Shown piece by piece: positions 16,383 through 23,186 of a DNA stretch of 23,877 bases; the stretch's first letter is position 1; each line of letters begins with the position of its first letter. Source of the DNA: a virus (Duplodnaviria; Heunggongvirae; Uroviricota; Caudoviricetes). The DNA lies in the IMG/VR virus record IMGVR_UViG_3300047447_000093, one strand, 5' to 3'. The notes under the pieces were generated by a model. That model did no database searches. It was not told the origin of the DNA and saw nothing but the letters and a program-made list of their open reading frames with translations. Position numbers and translations under genes: made by a program.

Positions 16383-16738
16383 AAATGTACATTGCTGTGC
16401 TGGATGAATTCCCCGATTATATGACCCCTACCCTTGTGGCTCATGCTGTGTTGGGTGCTCACGAGGAATTCTGTGTTAATATGTACTATCATGCTTGGCA
16501 CAAAACTTCCTTCAAGAAATGTGTTGTCCGCGTCAATCAAAAAGAATGGGACAAAATATCGGCGTTGCCGAATGTCTACCTAGCACACGAGAATAGCACT
16601 CTAGAGGGCAGGAAAGCCTGTGCTGTAGTGTGTCCTAGGGAAGAGGTTCCTAATGTGCTGAAATTTGCAAAGCTGTGGAAGCCTAAGGAAACAGAAACTT
16701 TCCTTAATATAAGCGGTGTAGATAATAGAGGTACTTAA
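16379..16738 (+). CDS. Peptidyl-tRNA hydrolase type 2 (PTH2)-like protein
   Basis: KMYIAV.....LVAHAVL...W...FKKCVVRV..KEW...HE..L.G...V..PR...P..LKF.KL pattern follows the PTH2-like fold. Confidence 0.55.
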   Translation: MKMYIAVLDEFPDYMTPTLVAHAVLGAHEEFCVNMYYHAWHKTSFKKCVVRVNQKEWDKISALPNVYLAHENSTLEGRKACAVVCPREEVPNVLKFAKLWKPKETETFLNISGVDNRGT

Positions 16739-16739
16739 A

Positions 16740-16841
16740 ATGACTGATTTTATTGTTGTGGCACTCTCTCCTTTTGGATTGTGGAAAGTGTTAGAATTAT
16801 TGGATGATTTTCTTTGTTGGATATTCTGGGGTAAGAAATGA
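16740..16841 (+). CDS. Small hydrophobic protein, 33 aa
   Basis: GAGG RBS; ATGA overlap with the next gene. Confidence 0.6.
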   Translation: MTDFIVVALSPFGLWKVLELLDDFLCWIFWGKK

Positions 16842-17074
16842 CTAAAGTGACAGCAACATACAAAGAAGATGTTTTCCATGAAGGTGCATTCGTTGCCCCT
16901 AAAGACAAGCCTAACCAAGTTTACATGGTGACATGCATTGCACAAAAATATGAAGATAATCAGGAAGGGAGGTTTTGGGCTATTGATTTGACAGGCTCCC
17001 GCATCTCTGGTGGCAATTATCTTAAAGATTTGTTTATTCCTTTCCGGGGAACGATTCATATTGAGGTGGGCTGA
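16838..17074 (+). CDS. Hypothetical protein
   Basis: 78-aa ORF. Confidence 0.8.
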   Translation: MTKVTATYKEDVFHEGAFVAPKDKPNQVYMVTCIAQKYEDNQEGRFWAIDLTGSRISGGNYLKDLFIPFRGTIHIEVG

Positions 17075-17075
17075 A

Positions 17076-17315
17076 ATGAAAATGTATATTGTCCGTACCA
17101 AACTGAAAGACGGAGAACTCTATTATTTGAAATTTCTCAATGTTGGCGGTACATTTGCAGAATATTCTAAAAATCTTGACGATGCCTGTCAGTATACGAA
17201 AGAAGAAATGGAATATGTGAAAAATCATCATCTGCCGGGATTGGGTAGGTGGGTGGTTCTTTCTAAAGAGCAAGAAAGAACGGAGAGTGAGAAGAAGCGT
17301 TTAGAGGCTCTATAA
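17076..17315 (+). CDS. Hypothetical protein
   Basis: Start refined to ATG 17076 after GAGGTGG. Confidence 0.75.
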   Translation: MKMYIVRTKLKDGELYYLKFLNVGGTFAEYSKNLDDACQYTKEEMEYVKNHHLPGLGRWVVLSKEQERTESEKKRLEAL

Positions 17316-17402
17316 GGCGTTTTCTTTGTTTAGGCTAGGCTGGTATTGACAGGCATGTGTTCGTTCAACTGAGAGCGTTCTGATGCGTTTTGGAGGGGTT
17401 TT

Positions 17403-17579
17403 ATGAAGAGTGTTTATCTGTTGATGTATGAGTATAACAATTATCCAGACTATGACAGCATCATCAAGGCTGCATATCTTGACAAAGACAAAGCAGAAAC
17501 TGATTGTGCAGAGTACAACAGGACTAACAGACATGAGCATGTTGTATATTATGTAACTTCTGTTGAGTTGTGGGGGTGA
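17403..17579 (+). CDS. Hypothetical protein, 58 aa
   Basis: GGAGG RBS; MKSVYLLMYE...VELWG. Confidence 0.8.
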   Translation: MKSVYLLMYEYNNYPDYDSIIKAAYLDKDKAETDCAEYNRTNRHEHVVYYVTSVELWG

Positions 17580-17580
17580 T

Positions 17581-17754
17581 ATGATTACATTCCGTACAGA
17601 CAAACCGGGAGCGACAACAGTGTTGCAGGATGGGGAAACTATCGGCTTTGTTGTAAAAATGCAGGGAGGATATATGTACAATCCTCTTCCTGAAATTTCG
17701 TTGCGCTCAGTGTGGTTTCAGAATGTTTGTGATTTGGTGGATTACGTGGGGTAG
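17581..17754 (+). CDS. Hypothetical protein, 57 aa
   Basis: GGGGG RBS; MITFRTDKPG... Confidence 0.75.
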   Translation: MITFRTDKPGATTVLQDGETIGFVVKMQGGYMYNPLPEISLRSVWFQNVCDLVDYVG

Positions 17755-17917
17755 GTATGTCACAATTCTGGTATTCCATGTCGCTTTTGTGGAAAATAAG
17801 TAGTTTTATGCTACAAGATGATTGATTCTTAGTAGATTTTATTAGTGTCTCTCTATTCTGTAGCAGAATGTTGCTGTCTTTCCTCTTGTTTGTAGGATAA
17901 ATTGCTGAAAACTCTAC

Positions 17918-17946
17918 TTGACAGAGTAGGACTGTTCGTGTACAAT
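17918..17946 (+). promoter_or_regulatory. Near-consensus sigma70 promoter
   Basis: TTGACA-17-TACAAT. Confidence 0.9.
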
Positions 17947-17951
17947 GGCGA

Positions 17952-18222
17952 CATCTAAGAAATTGGATGGGGGCGACAGAGTAGGAGAGTGGGTCATTTG
18001 GCTCCAGATTGCATATCTTCCTTCTTACTCAATAGCATCTTCCGAATTCTTCCATATCGAGCCAAGCTCTGTGGGGGGTTTGGGGGGCTATTGAGTAGGG
18101 AGTGAGTATTTTCACCAGATTGCATATTATATTATAAGTATTCTATAAGGATACAGACAATTTAAGAAGTTATACACTGAGCATACGAGGCTGATTACTA
18201 CTAACGTAGAGTCGGCCTTTTT
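17952..18222 (+). ncRNA. Putative structured non-coding RNA, about 270 nt
   Basis: Bounded by a promoter and a terminator; no RBS-linked ORF; 82-nt hairpin at 18021-18102 with 10 G-U pairs. Confidence 0.6.
18188..18222 (+). terminator. Intrinsic terminator
   Basis: AGGCTGATT-a-CTAC-TAAC-GTAG-AGTCGGCCT-TTTT. Confidence 0.85.
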
Positions 18223-18335
18223 GCATTTATAAGGAAGAAAGACAAACTAATCCTGATGGAAGTCCTATGTGGTTTGAAGGAGTACGAGTGTACAACCAGA
18301 AAGAATACGATGAAGCAGGATGCCCGTTTTAGGGC

Positions 18336-18364
18336 TTGACATCCTCCCCCATCCCTCCTACAAT
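18336..18364 (+). promoter_or_regulatory. sigma70 promoter
   Basis: TTGACA-17-TACAAT. Confidence 0.9.
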
Positions 18365-18389
18365 ACATACATCAACCAAGGAGAACAAT

Positions 18390-18635
18390 ATGAAAGCATA
18401 CGAACAAAAGAAAGAAGGCTCCTTTGAGCGTGGCATGGTGTGGATGATTGTAGAAGGTGACAAAGAAGCTGTTAGGGCTATCTGTGGTGTGCTAGACGAA
18501 TTCTACCAGAATGATTCCTGCCCAACGGATGACACGATGTATGGAGGAAAGTATTCCGAAGGCTATATCATCTGGAGGGAAGAGAAGGAATATTTCATGG
18601 CTAAGTATAAAGAAGCTAAGAGGGGTGTAAAATGA
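18390..18635 (+). CDS. Hypothetical protein, 81 aa
   Basis: ATG 18390 after AAGGAG; the track start at 18336 is the -35 box. Confidence 0.85.
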   Translation: MKAYEQKKEGSFERGMVWMIVEGDKEAVRAICGVLDEFYQNDSCPTDDTMYGGKYSEGYIIWREEKEYFMAKYKEAKRGVK

Positions 18636-18790
18636 TGCCGACTAATCGAAAGCCACATATCCGTAAGCGTGGTGGCATGTGGTATTGCTCATTGGAATTC
18701 AATAGTAGGCTTGGCTGTGGGAGAACACCACTTGAAGCTTACAAGGATTATAAATATCAGAGTAATGTCTGGTGGTGTGGAACCCCTTGA
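18632..18790 (+). CDS. Hypothetical protein, 52 aa (KPHIRKR.G.W.C...G.G.TP..AY type)
   Basis: ATGA overlap, GAGGGG RBS. Confidence 0.8.
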   Translation: MMPTNRKPHIRKRGGMWYCSLEFNSRLGCGRTPLEAYKDYKYQSNVWWCGTP

Positions 18791-18815
18791 CACATCCTCA
18801 AAAATCCCCTAACAT
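18787..18815 (+). promoter_or_regulatory. sigma70 promoter
   Basis: TTGACA-17-TAACAT. Confidence 0.85.
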
Positions 18816-18850
18816 AGCCTTAACGACAAACAATTTATTGGAGCAAAAAC

Positions 18851-19108
18851 ATGAAAACTGTTATCATTTACAACACTGTCATCGACCCTCTGAAATTTAT
18901 CGTCGCAGAAGGCGATTTGTCCCGTTTTGATGGCATGATGATTAATGCCTGTGGGAATGATGAGAAGTTGCAAGATGAACTTGTAGATTTGCTGTATGAT
19001 CCTGTAACGGGGCAGAATACAGACCTGTTGAATTCGGCTGTCAGCACTTTCCCTGTGCAAGCTGTCAGGGATGGGGCTATTGTGATTGTTGCAGGATTCC
19101 TACCATGA
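18851..19108 (+). CDS. Hypothetical protein
   Basis: 85 aa, GGAG RBS. Confidence 0.85.
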   Translation: MKTVIIYNTVIDPLKFIVAEGDLSRFDGMMINACGNDEKLQDELVDLLYDPVTGQNTDLLNSAVSTFPVQAVRDGAIVIVAGFLP

Positions 19109-19284
19109 CCAACATTCCCACCGTCTACGTCGAAGGCGATGCTATCGACATTGATTTCAAGCTTGCTGATGATTGCACATTCGGCATCTGCCTGACGAAA
19201 GAGGAAGCACTTCTGTTGTATACAAAATTACATGTTGCTCTTTATTGTGCCCCAAAAGATGTTGGAAGGGTGGAGATAACATGA
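19105..19284 (+). CDS. Hypothetical protein, 59 aa
   Basis: ATGA overlap; AGGA RBS. Confidence 0.75.
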   Translation: MTNIPTVYVEGDAIDIDFKLADDCTFGICLTKEEALLLYTKLHVALYCAPKDVGRVEIT

Positions 19285-19457
19285 ACCTAGGCAACCACGC
19301 CACAGACAAGTAATGTTCTGTAATTGGCACTCCTACAGCCTTCTACATCTACATCCGAGAAGGTAAGACAAGAGGAAATTCTTGTGAGTGGATTAATGAT
19401 ATTAACTTGTTCTACAAAATCAAAGAGTTATACGAAAGAAATGGCAAGCAGGATTAG
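19281..19457 (+). pseudogene. Small gene interrupted by an in-frame TAA at codon 11
   Basis: Coupled ATG with GGAG RBS; TAA at 19311-19313; the same frame continues for 47 codons to TAG. Confidence 0.5.
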
Positions 19458-19504
19458 TATGATCTTTGTGTAAAAACTTATATGAAGAATTTGGAGAATA
19501 ATAA

Positions 19505-19828
19505 ATGAAATTAAAATGGAAAGTGGCAGAAGCCCCTACAGGCCGCTATCGAAGCTTTGAGAAGAGGGGGTGGCCTAGTGCTTATTATGTTGATAATGGA
19601 AACAATGCTGCTGTTGCCATCTATTGCGAGGATGAATACAGGCCAGAAAATGTCAAGATAGGTAAACATGCTGTACTGGAAGTGAGGATTGCTGATTGGT
19701 CTGTAGAACATGCTTTCAAATGGCGTACATTGAAACAAAGATTTGCCACGCTGCAAGAGGCTAAAGAAACTGTTACAAAGTTTCTTGAAGCCAATCCTAA
19801 ATATTGGCCTGAGAGCAACAATAAATGA
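19505..19828 (+). CDS. Conserved phage hypothetical protein
   Basis: 107 aa; W.V...PTGRYRSF..R.WP.A and W.TLK.RF.TL.EAK motifs. Confidence 0.9.
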   Translation: MKLKWKVAEAPTGRYRSFEKRGWPSAYYVDNGNNAAVAIYCEDEYRPENVKIGKHAVLEVRIADWSVEHAFKWRTLKQRFATLQEAKETVTKFLEANPKYWPESNNK

Positions 19829-20001
19829 TTATCCAAAATTCCCTATGTATTGCTGCAAAAGACATTCTCTCTGTCTGTATGGATGGACTTAAAATGTACA
19901 TCTATTCTCGTGTCCCTGATGTTTTCTGGTCAATCACTTTCACAGATGAGGAAGAGATGAAAAAGATGTTTAATGAAATTGCTAAGAGGCTGGAGGATTA
20001 A
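19825..20001 (+). CDS. Hypothetical protein, 58 aa
   Basis: ATGA overlap; ends 1 nt before the next ATG. Confidence 0.75.
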   Translation: MIIQNSLCIAAKDILSVCMDGLKMYIYSRVPDVFWSITFTDEEEMKKMFNEIAKRLED

Positions 20002-20388
20002 ATGAAAATTTCAGAAATTCTTATTGCTGCACGAGCTAAAATTGCAGATGAAGCTGCTTGGACTCAGGGTGAGTTTACGCGAGATGCTAAAGGCTATGCT
20101 GCTTGGAATTATCGTGAAGCTTGTTCCTTTTGTTCTCTCGGTGCTATTCAAGTGGTGGCCCCTCCAAGTGTCATTGCTTGGGATGTTGACAGCATCGGCC
20201 CTAGTGGCCCTATTCAATATTTGGTCGAGGCTATACCACAAGAATTCATAGATGATATCAGGGTGCGGGATGAGACAGATTTTTTACATGGATACGTTGC
20301 ACAATACAACGACAAGTATACACACAAGGATGTTCTTGCTATGTATGATAGGGCTATTGAGGCGGCTCTGGAGGATGAGGGTAAATGA
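20002..20388 (+). CDS. DUF6197-like phage protein
   Basis: WTQG..RD..G...A..FC.LGAI...YND..TH.DV..MYDRAI pattern. Confidence 0.65.
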   Translation: MKISEILIAARAKIADEAAWTQGEFTRDAKGYAAWNYREACSFCSLGAIQVVAPPSVIAWDVDSIGPSGPIQYLVEAIPQEFIDDIRVRDETDFLHGYVAQYNDKYTHKDVLAMYDRAIEAALEDEGK

Positions 20389-20663
20389 GCAACCATGAAG
20401 ATTTGATTCATCAATTCTCTGATGCAACATTCCGTTGTGGTATGTTGTCCGGGGATGAATTCTCTACTGTGGAATATGAGGTTCCTTACAATCAATCTGA
20501 GGAACTTGAAAAGCAACTGCTAGAGCGTGATAAGAAGCTTGTAGAGGCTTTGAAGGCTGTAGCTGCTGTCGAAGATAAAATGTATGGTGGGGATTGGGAT
20601 GAAATTGAAGAAGCCAGAAATATTGCTTGTGCAGCGCTTAAAGAGCTTGGAGAGGCTGTATGA
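20385..20663 (+). CDS. Hypothetical protein
   Basis: 92 aa, ATGA overlap. Confidence 0.85.
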   Translation: MSNHEDLIHQFSDATFRCGMLSGDEFSTVEYEVPYNQSEELEKQLLERDKKLVEALKAVAAVEDKMYGGDWDEIEEARNIACAALKELGEAV

Positions 20664-20857
20664 GAATCACAATGTCTGATGAAGAATTCAAAGAGAAAGC
20701 TATTCAATTGCTTCAGGGGCTTAAAAGGGATTTGATGTATGCTCGGAGGTTTAGTCCTGATACGCTAGACACATATCGTCGTGCTTGCACATCGGCAGAG
20801 TGTGACATTGAAGTGTTCTTGAAAGAAGCTACACGAATTCACTTCGGAGTGGTATAA
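20660..20857 (+). CDS. Hypothetical protein
   Basis: 65 aa, ATGA overlap. Confidence 0.8.
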   Translation: MRITMSDEEFKEKAIQLLQGLKRDLMYARRFSPDTLDTYRRACTSAECDIEVFLKEATRIHFGVV

Positions 20858-20859
20858 CA

Positions 20860-21072
20860 ATGAAAACTCTCTTTGTTGTACTAGCAGCAGCATTCGCTCT
20901 GTGTGGCTGTAAGCCATATATGAGCTATGAGAAAGTGATGGAGGCTGAAATGTATTGTGTGCATAATGGTCTTACACCGCTTCGTGCTACATATGGTAAG
21001 ATGGTGACAGAAGTTTATTGTATGGATAAGAATGGGAATGCTTTCACTGTTCCTGTAGAGGAGATTAAATAA
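20860..21072 (+). CDS. Small lipoprotein
   Basis: MKTLFVVLAAAFALCGC signal peptide with lipobox. Confidence 0.8.
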   Translation: MKTLFVVLAAAFALCGCKPYMSYEKVMEAEMYCVHNGLTPLRATYGKMVTEVYCMDKNGNAFTVPVEEIK

Positions 21073-21410
21073 TGAATGTACGTCATAAGTGGGCTGATGT
21101 AATTATTGCTATTGCAGAGGGAATTCCTGTGCAATTTAAAACTCAAAATGGAAGTCAGTTTGAAGATTGGAATCCTATAGATTGGAGTCCTCTTAGCTGT
21201 TATGTAATGGACAACAAGTGGGAATGGCGCATCAAGCCTAAAGAGCCTGTGAAGAGGTACAAGGTGGCTTTTGCCTTCTTTGATGGCGGTCATACCATTG
21301 AGCATATTTCAAATCAATATTATTCTAGCATACAAGAATTTATTGATGTACAAAAGAACATTGTGTGGGCTGTCCTGCTGGAGCCTACGATGAAGGAGTT
21401 TGAAGAATGA
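21072..21410 (+). CDS. Conserved phage hypothetical protein (HK.A.VI.A.AEG..VQ...W...WRIKP type)
   Basis: 112 aa, TAATG coupling, GAGGAG RBS. Confidence 0.85.
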   Translation: MNVRHKWADVIIAIAEGIPVQFKTQNGSQFEDWNPIDWSPLSCYVMDNKWEWRIKPKEPVKRYKVAFAFFDGGHTIEHISNQYYSSIQEFIDVQKNIVWAVLLEPTMKEFEE

Positions 21411-21547
21411 ACCAGACAAGAACTTTCTGGTTTGTAACAAATGTACTCTGCGCTGTGTGTATGTTGTGCTCTGGGGAATGGGTAGGTATTCTGAATGTAT
21501 GCGCAGCTACATTGTTGTTTGCTGGTTGGCTTGATGGGGTGACTTGA
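21407..21547 (+). CDS. Small two-TM membrane protein, 46 aa
   Basis: Coupled on both sides; two hydrophobic stretches. Confidence 0.7.
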   Translation: MNQTRTFWFVTNVLCAVCMLCSGEWVGILNVCAATLLFAGWLDGVT

Positions 21548-21723
21548 TGGCAATATACTACACTGCCGAACAGAAGGCTTTACAGGACGTTATAGAATGC
21601 CCTATAGAGCGTGCTAGACAGGCCGCTATTCAACGATTCATTGATTGTAATGGGAATGTACCCTACACTGTGACAAGCAGACGTAGGATGGGGCATGTTG
21701 TGTTTGTTGTGAGAGAGGAGTAA
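21547..21723 (+). CDS. Hypothetical protein, 58 aa
   Basis: TGATG coupling; MAIYYTAEQK...VVREE. Confidence 0.75.
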   Translation: MAIYYTAEQKALQDVIECPIERARQAAIQRFIDCNGNVPYTVTSRRRMGHVVFVVREE

Positions 21724-21725
21724 TT

Positions 21726-21974
21726 ATGGATGAACTGCAAAAATTGAAAGATCAAATGTTTGTTTTGTCTGGTATTGTGTCACAAGCTATCAGCGACTTA
21801 GAAGACATTGCAGAAGGAAAACCACAAACCTATGCAGACACTCTTGACAACCAATTAAAGCATGGTTCAAGGGGTAGGCGTGCAATGACTATGAAAGATG
21901 TGAAGCCAATCGCAAGGCGTACTGCTAAAGCTTTAAGGGAAGTATGGGAATTTCTTGATCCGACAGGTAACTAA
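21726..21974 (+). CDS. Hypothetical protein
   Basis: 82 aa, GAGGAG RBS. Confidence 0.85.
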   Translation: MDELQKLKDQMFVLSGIVSQAISDLEDIAEGKPQTYADTLDNQLKHGSRGRRAMTMKDVKPIARRTAKALREVWEFLDPTGN

Positions 21975-21977
21975 ACA

Positions 21978-22196
21978 ATGAAGACAATAATCCACGTCAA
22001 TCAACATATCATCAAGTCTAACAGGATTAATGGGGAGAATAATCCTACATTGACAGTGAAGACATACAAGAGTAACACGTATGCTCACGAAGTGGAGATT
22101 GATGGCCCATGTAAAATTATTTATAATTCTGAAAAACCATTAAGTTGTGGGGCAAGAGTTTGGATTGAGACAGAGGCAAACGTAATTTGTAAATGA
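21978..22196 (+). CDS. Widespread conserved phage hypothetical protein (IHVNQH...TVKTYKSN.YAHEV...KPLSCGARVWIET)
   Basis: 72 aa, recognisable conserved motif; last gene before the non-coding block. Confidence 0.9.
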   Translation: MKTIIHVNQHIIKSNRINGENNPTLTVKTYKSNTYAHEVEIDGPCKIIYNSEKPLSCGARVWIETEANVICK

Positions 22197-22353
22197 AAAA
22201 CTATTTACGTTTGCAAATGAGAATTGGATTTTTGATTTCAAGAATTTTCCCCATTCCTGCCGAAAAATTCCCTTGCTTCTAAGGGAATCCCTCCACCCCT
22301 CTCCTGCCTAATAATGTGGCATTTCAGGAATGAACTAAAAGGTTTACTCCTGA

Positions 22354-22392
22354 AAGATTCATCTTTATAAGATTCATCTTTATAAGATTCAT
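22354..22392. repeat. 15-bp tandem repeat AAGATTCATCTTTAT (2.6 copies)
   Basis: Copies at 22354, 22369 and a partial copy at 22384. Confidence 0.95.
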
Positions 22393-22694
22393 ATGTGGAC
22401 AGTTCCATTATGAATGATTCCATTTGAAGCTTTCCGCTCCTGTCTCTCTAGCTGACTATTTGTACAGCCTGTCTAGCTTGTCCTATTCTCCCCCTATTCC
22501 TAAGTGTTGCCTAGGTGTATTGTTAATACCCTGATAAGGTATGGACAATCCCCTTGACATGGTTTTGTCTGTTTTCTCTCTTTGTAAGCTTCTTTGTTTA
22601 TTTATTTCTCTGAGACATTCTTTGTCATACATAGCTGACACGCTATTTGCATTGTCAAAACCTATGCCAGCAGGTGAAAGTTATCACTCTGTCC

Positions 22695-22757
22695 ATGTCT
22701 TATAGAAGACATCTCCTGTGTCTTATAGAAGACATGCACAAGTCTTGTAGAAGACTT
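22695..22757. repeat. Three phased 18-bp palindromes (A/G/A)(T/T/A)GTCTT-RTAG-AAGAC(AT/AT/TT)
   Basis: At 22695-22712, 22718-22735 and 22740-22757. Confidence 0.9.
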
Positions 22758-22807
22758 TAAGTGCTTGATTCCTAAGCACATTCCCCCATTTCCTCCTCAT
22801 TTCAGCC

Positions 22808-22958
22808 TGTGGATAACCATAAAATTCTATGTAAATTTACATGAGACAGATAGAGTCATTTACATAAAATGCTCAAAAACGTCTGAAAAATGGGGAAAGT
22901 TATTCACAATGGCATCCAATAGGAAGCGTTTTAAGGGGGCTACAGGCGGTTATCCACA
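22808..22958. promoter_or_regulatory. Cluster of three DnaA-box matches around an AT-rich segment
   Basis: TGTGGATAA 22808-22816, TTATTCACA 22900-22908, TTATCCACA 22950-22958. Confidence 0.7.
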
Positions 22959-23044
22959 GCAGGGTATGGCACGGTATCAACCATACCTAAAAAACGCCTC
23001 TATCGCGTTTTGCTGTATTTTCATACAGTGTCAATAAATCAGGC

Positions 23045-23060
23045 TGGCACGGATATTGCT
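23045..23060 (+). promoter_or_regulatory. sigma54 (-24/-12)-type promoter motif
   Basis: TGGCAC-GGATA-TTGCT, exact GG-N10-GC spacing. Confidence 0.55.
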
Positions 23061-23151
23061 ACGCGCGTGCGGGCGCTGTCTTGTACAGGCAAGGCGCGAG
23101 GGACAAAGAGAGACACAATAAAAATAATTTGAAAATTTCTTGTGTAGGGTA

Positions 23152-23180
23152 TTGCGCATAACAGTAGTACAGGTTAATAT
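23152..23180 (+). promoter_or_regulatory. sigma70 promoter with AT-rich UP-like region
   Basis: TTGCGC-17-TAATAT; A/T tracts at 23117-23140. Confidence 0.7.
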
Positions 23181-23186
23181 TCGTCC

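Noticed and set aside
17757-17900. Short ORF fragments after the last gene before the ncRNA promoter (for example IPCRFCGK)
   Set aside because: Every frame has several stops and none gives a convincing gene; this may be decayed sequence.
17945-18094. 49-codon ORF across the putative ncRNA
   Set aside because: Its ATG overlaps the -10 box, so it lies upstream of the predicted TSS, and it has no well-spaced SD.
18004-18127. 13-bp direct repeats as a CRISPR repeat-spacer unit or a DGR template/variable repeat pair
   Set aside because: There are only two short copies, no reverse transcriptase or cas gene in the window, and no matching variable region in a CDS.
22554-22559. Isolated TTGACA hexamers (also 17346-17351 on +, and 22653-22658 and 23029-23034 on -)
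   Set aside because: No acceptable -10 element at 16-18 bp spacing.
22695-22757. Palindromic repeats as a mini-CRISPR array
   Set aside because: The repeats are 18 bp with only 4-5 bp between them, far too short for spacers, and no cas genes are present.
22765-23037. 90-aa plus-strand ORF in the control region
   Set aside because: It has a TTG start without an RBS and runs across the DnaA boxes and palindromes; better explained as non-coding.
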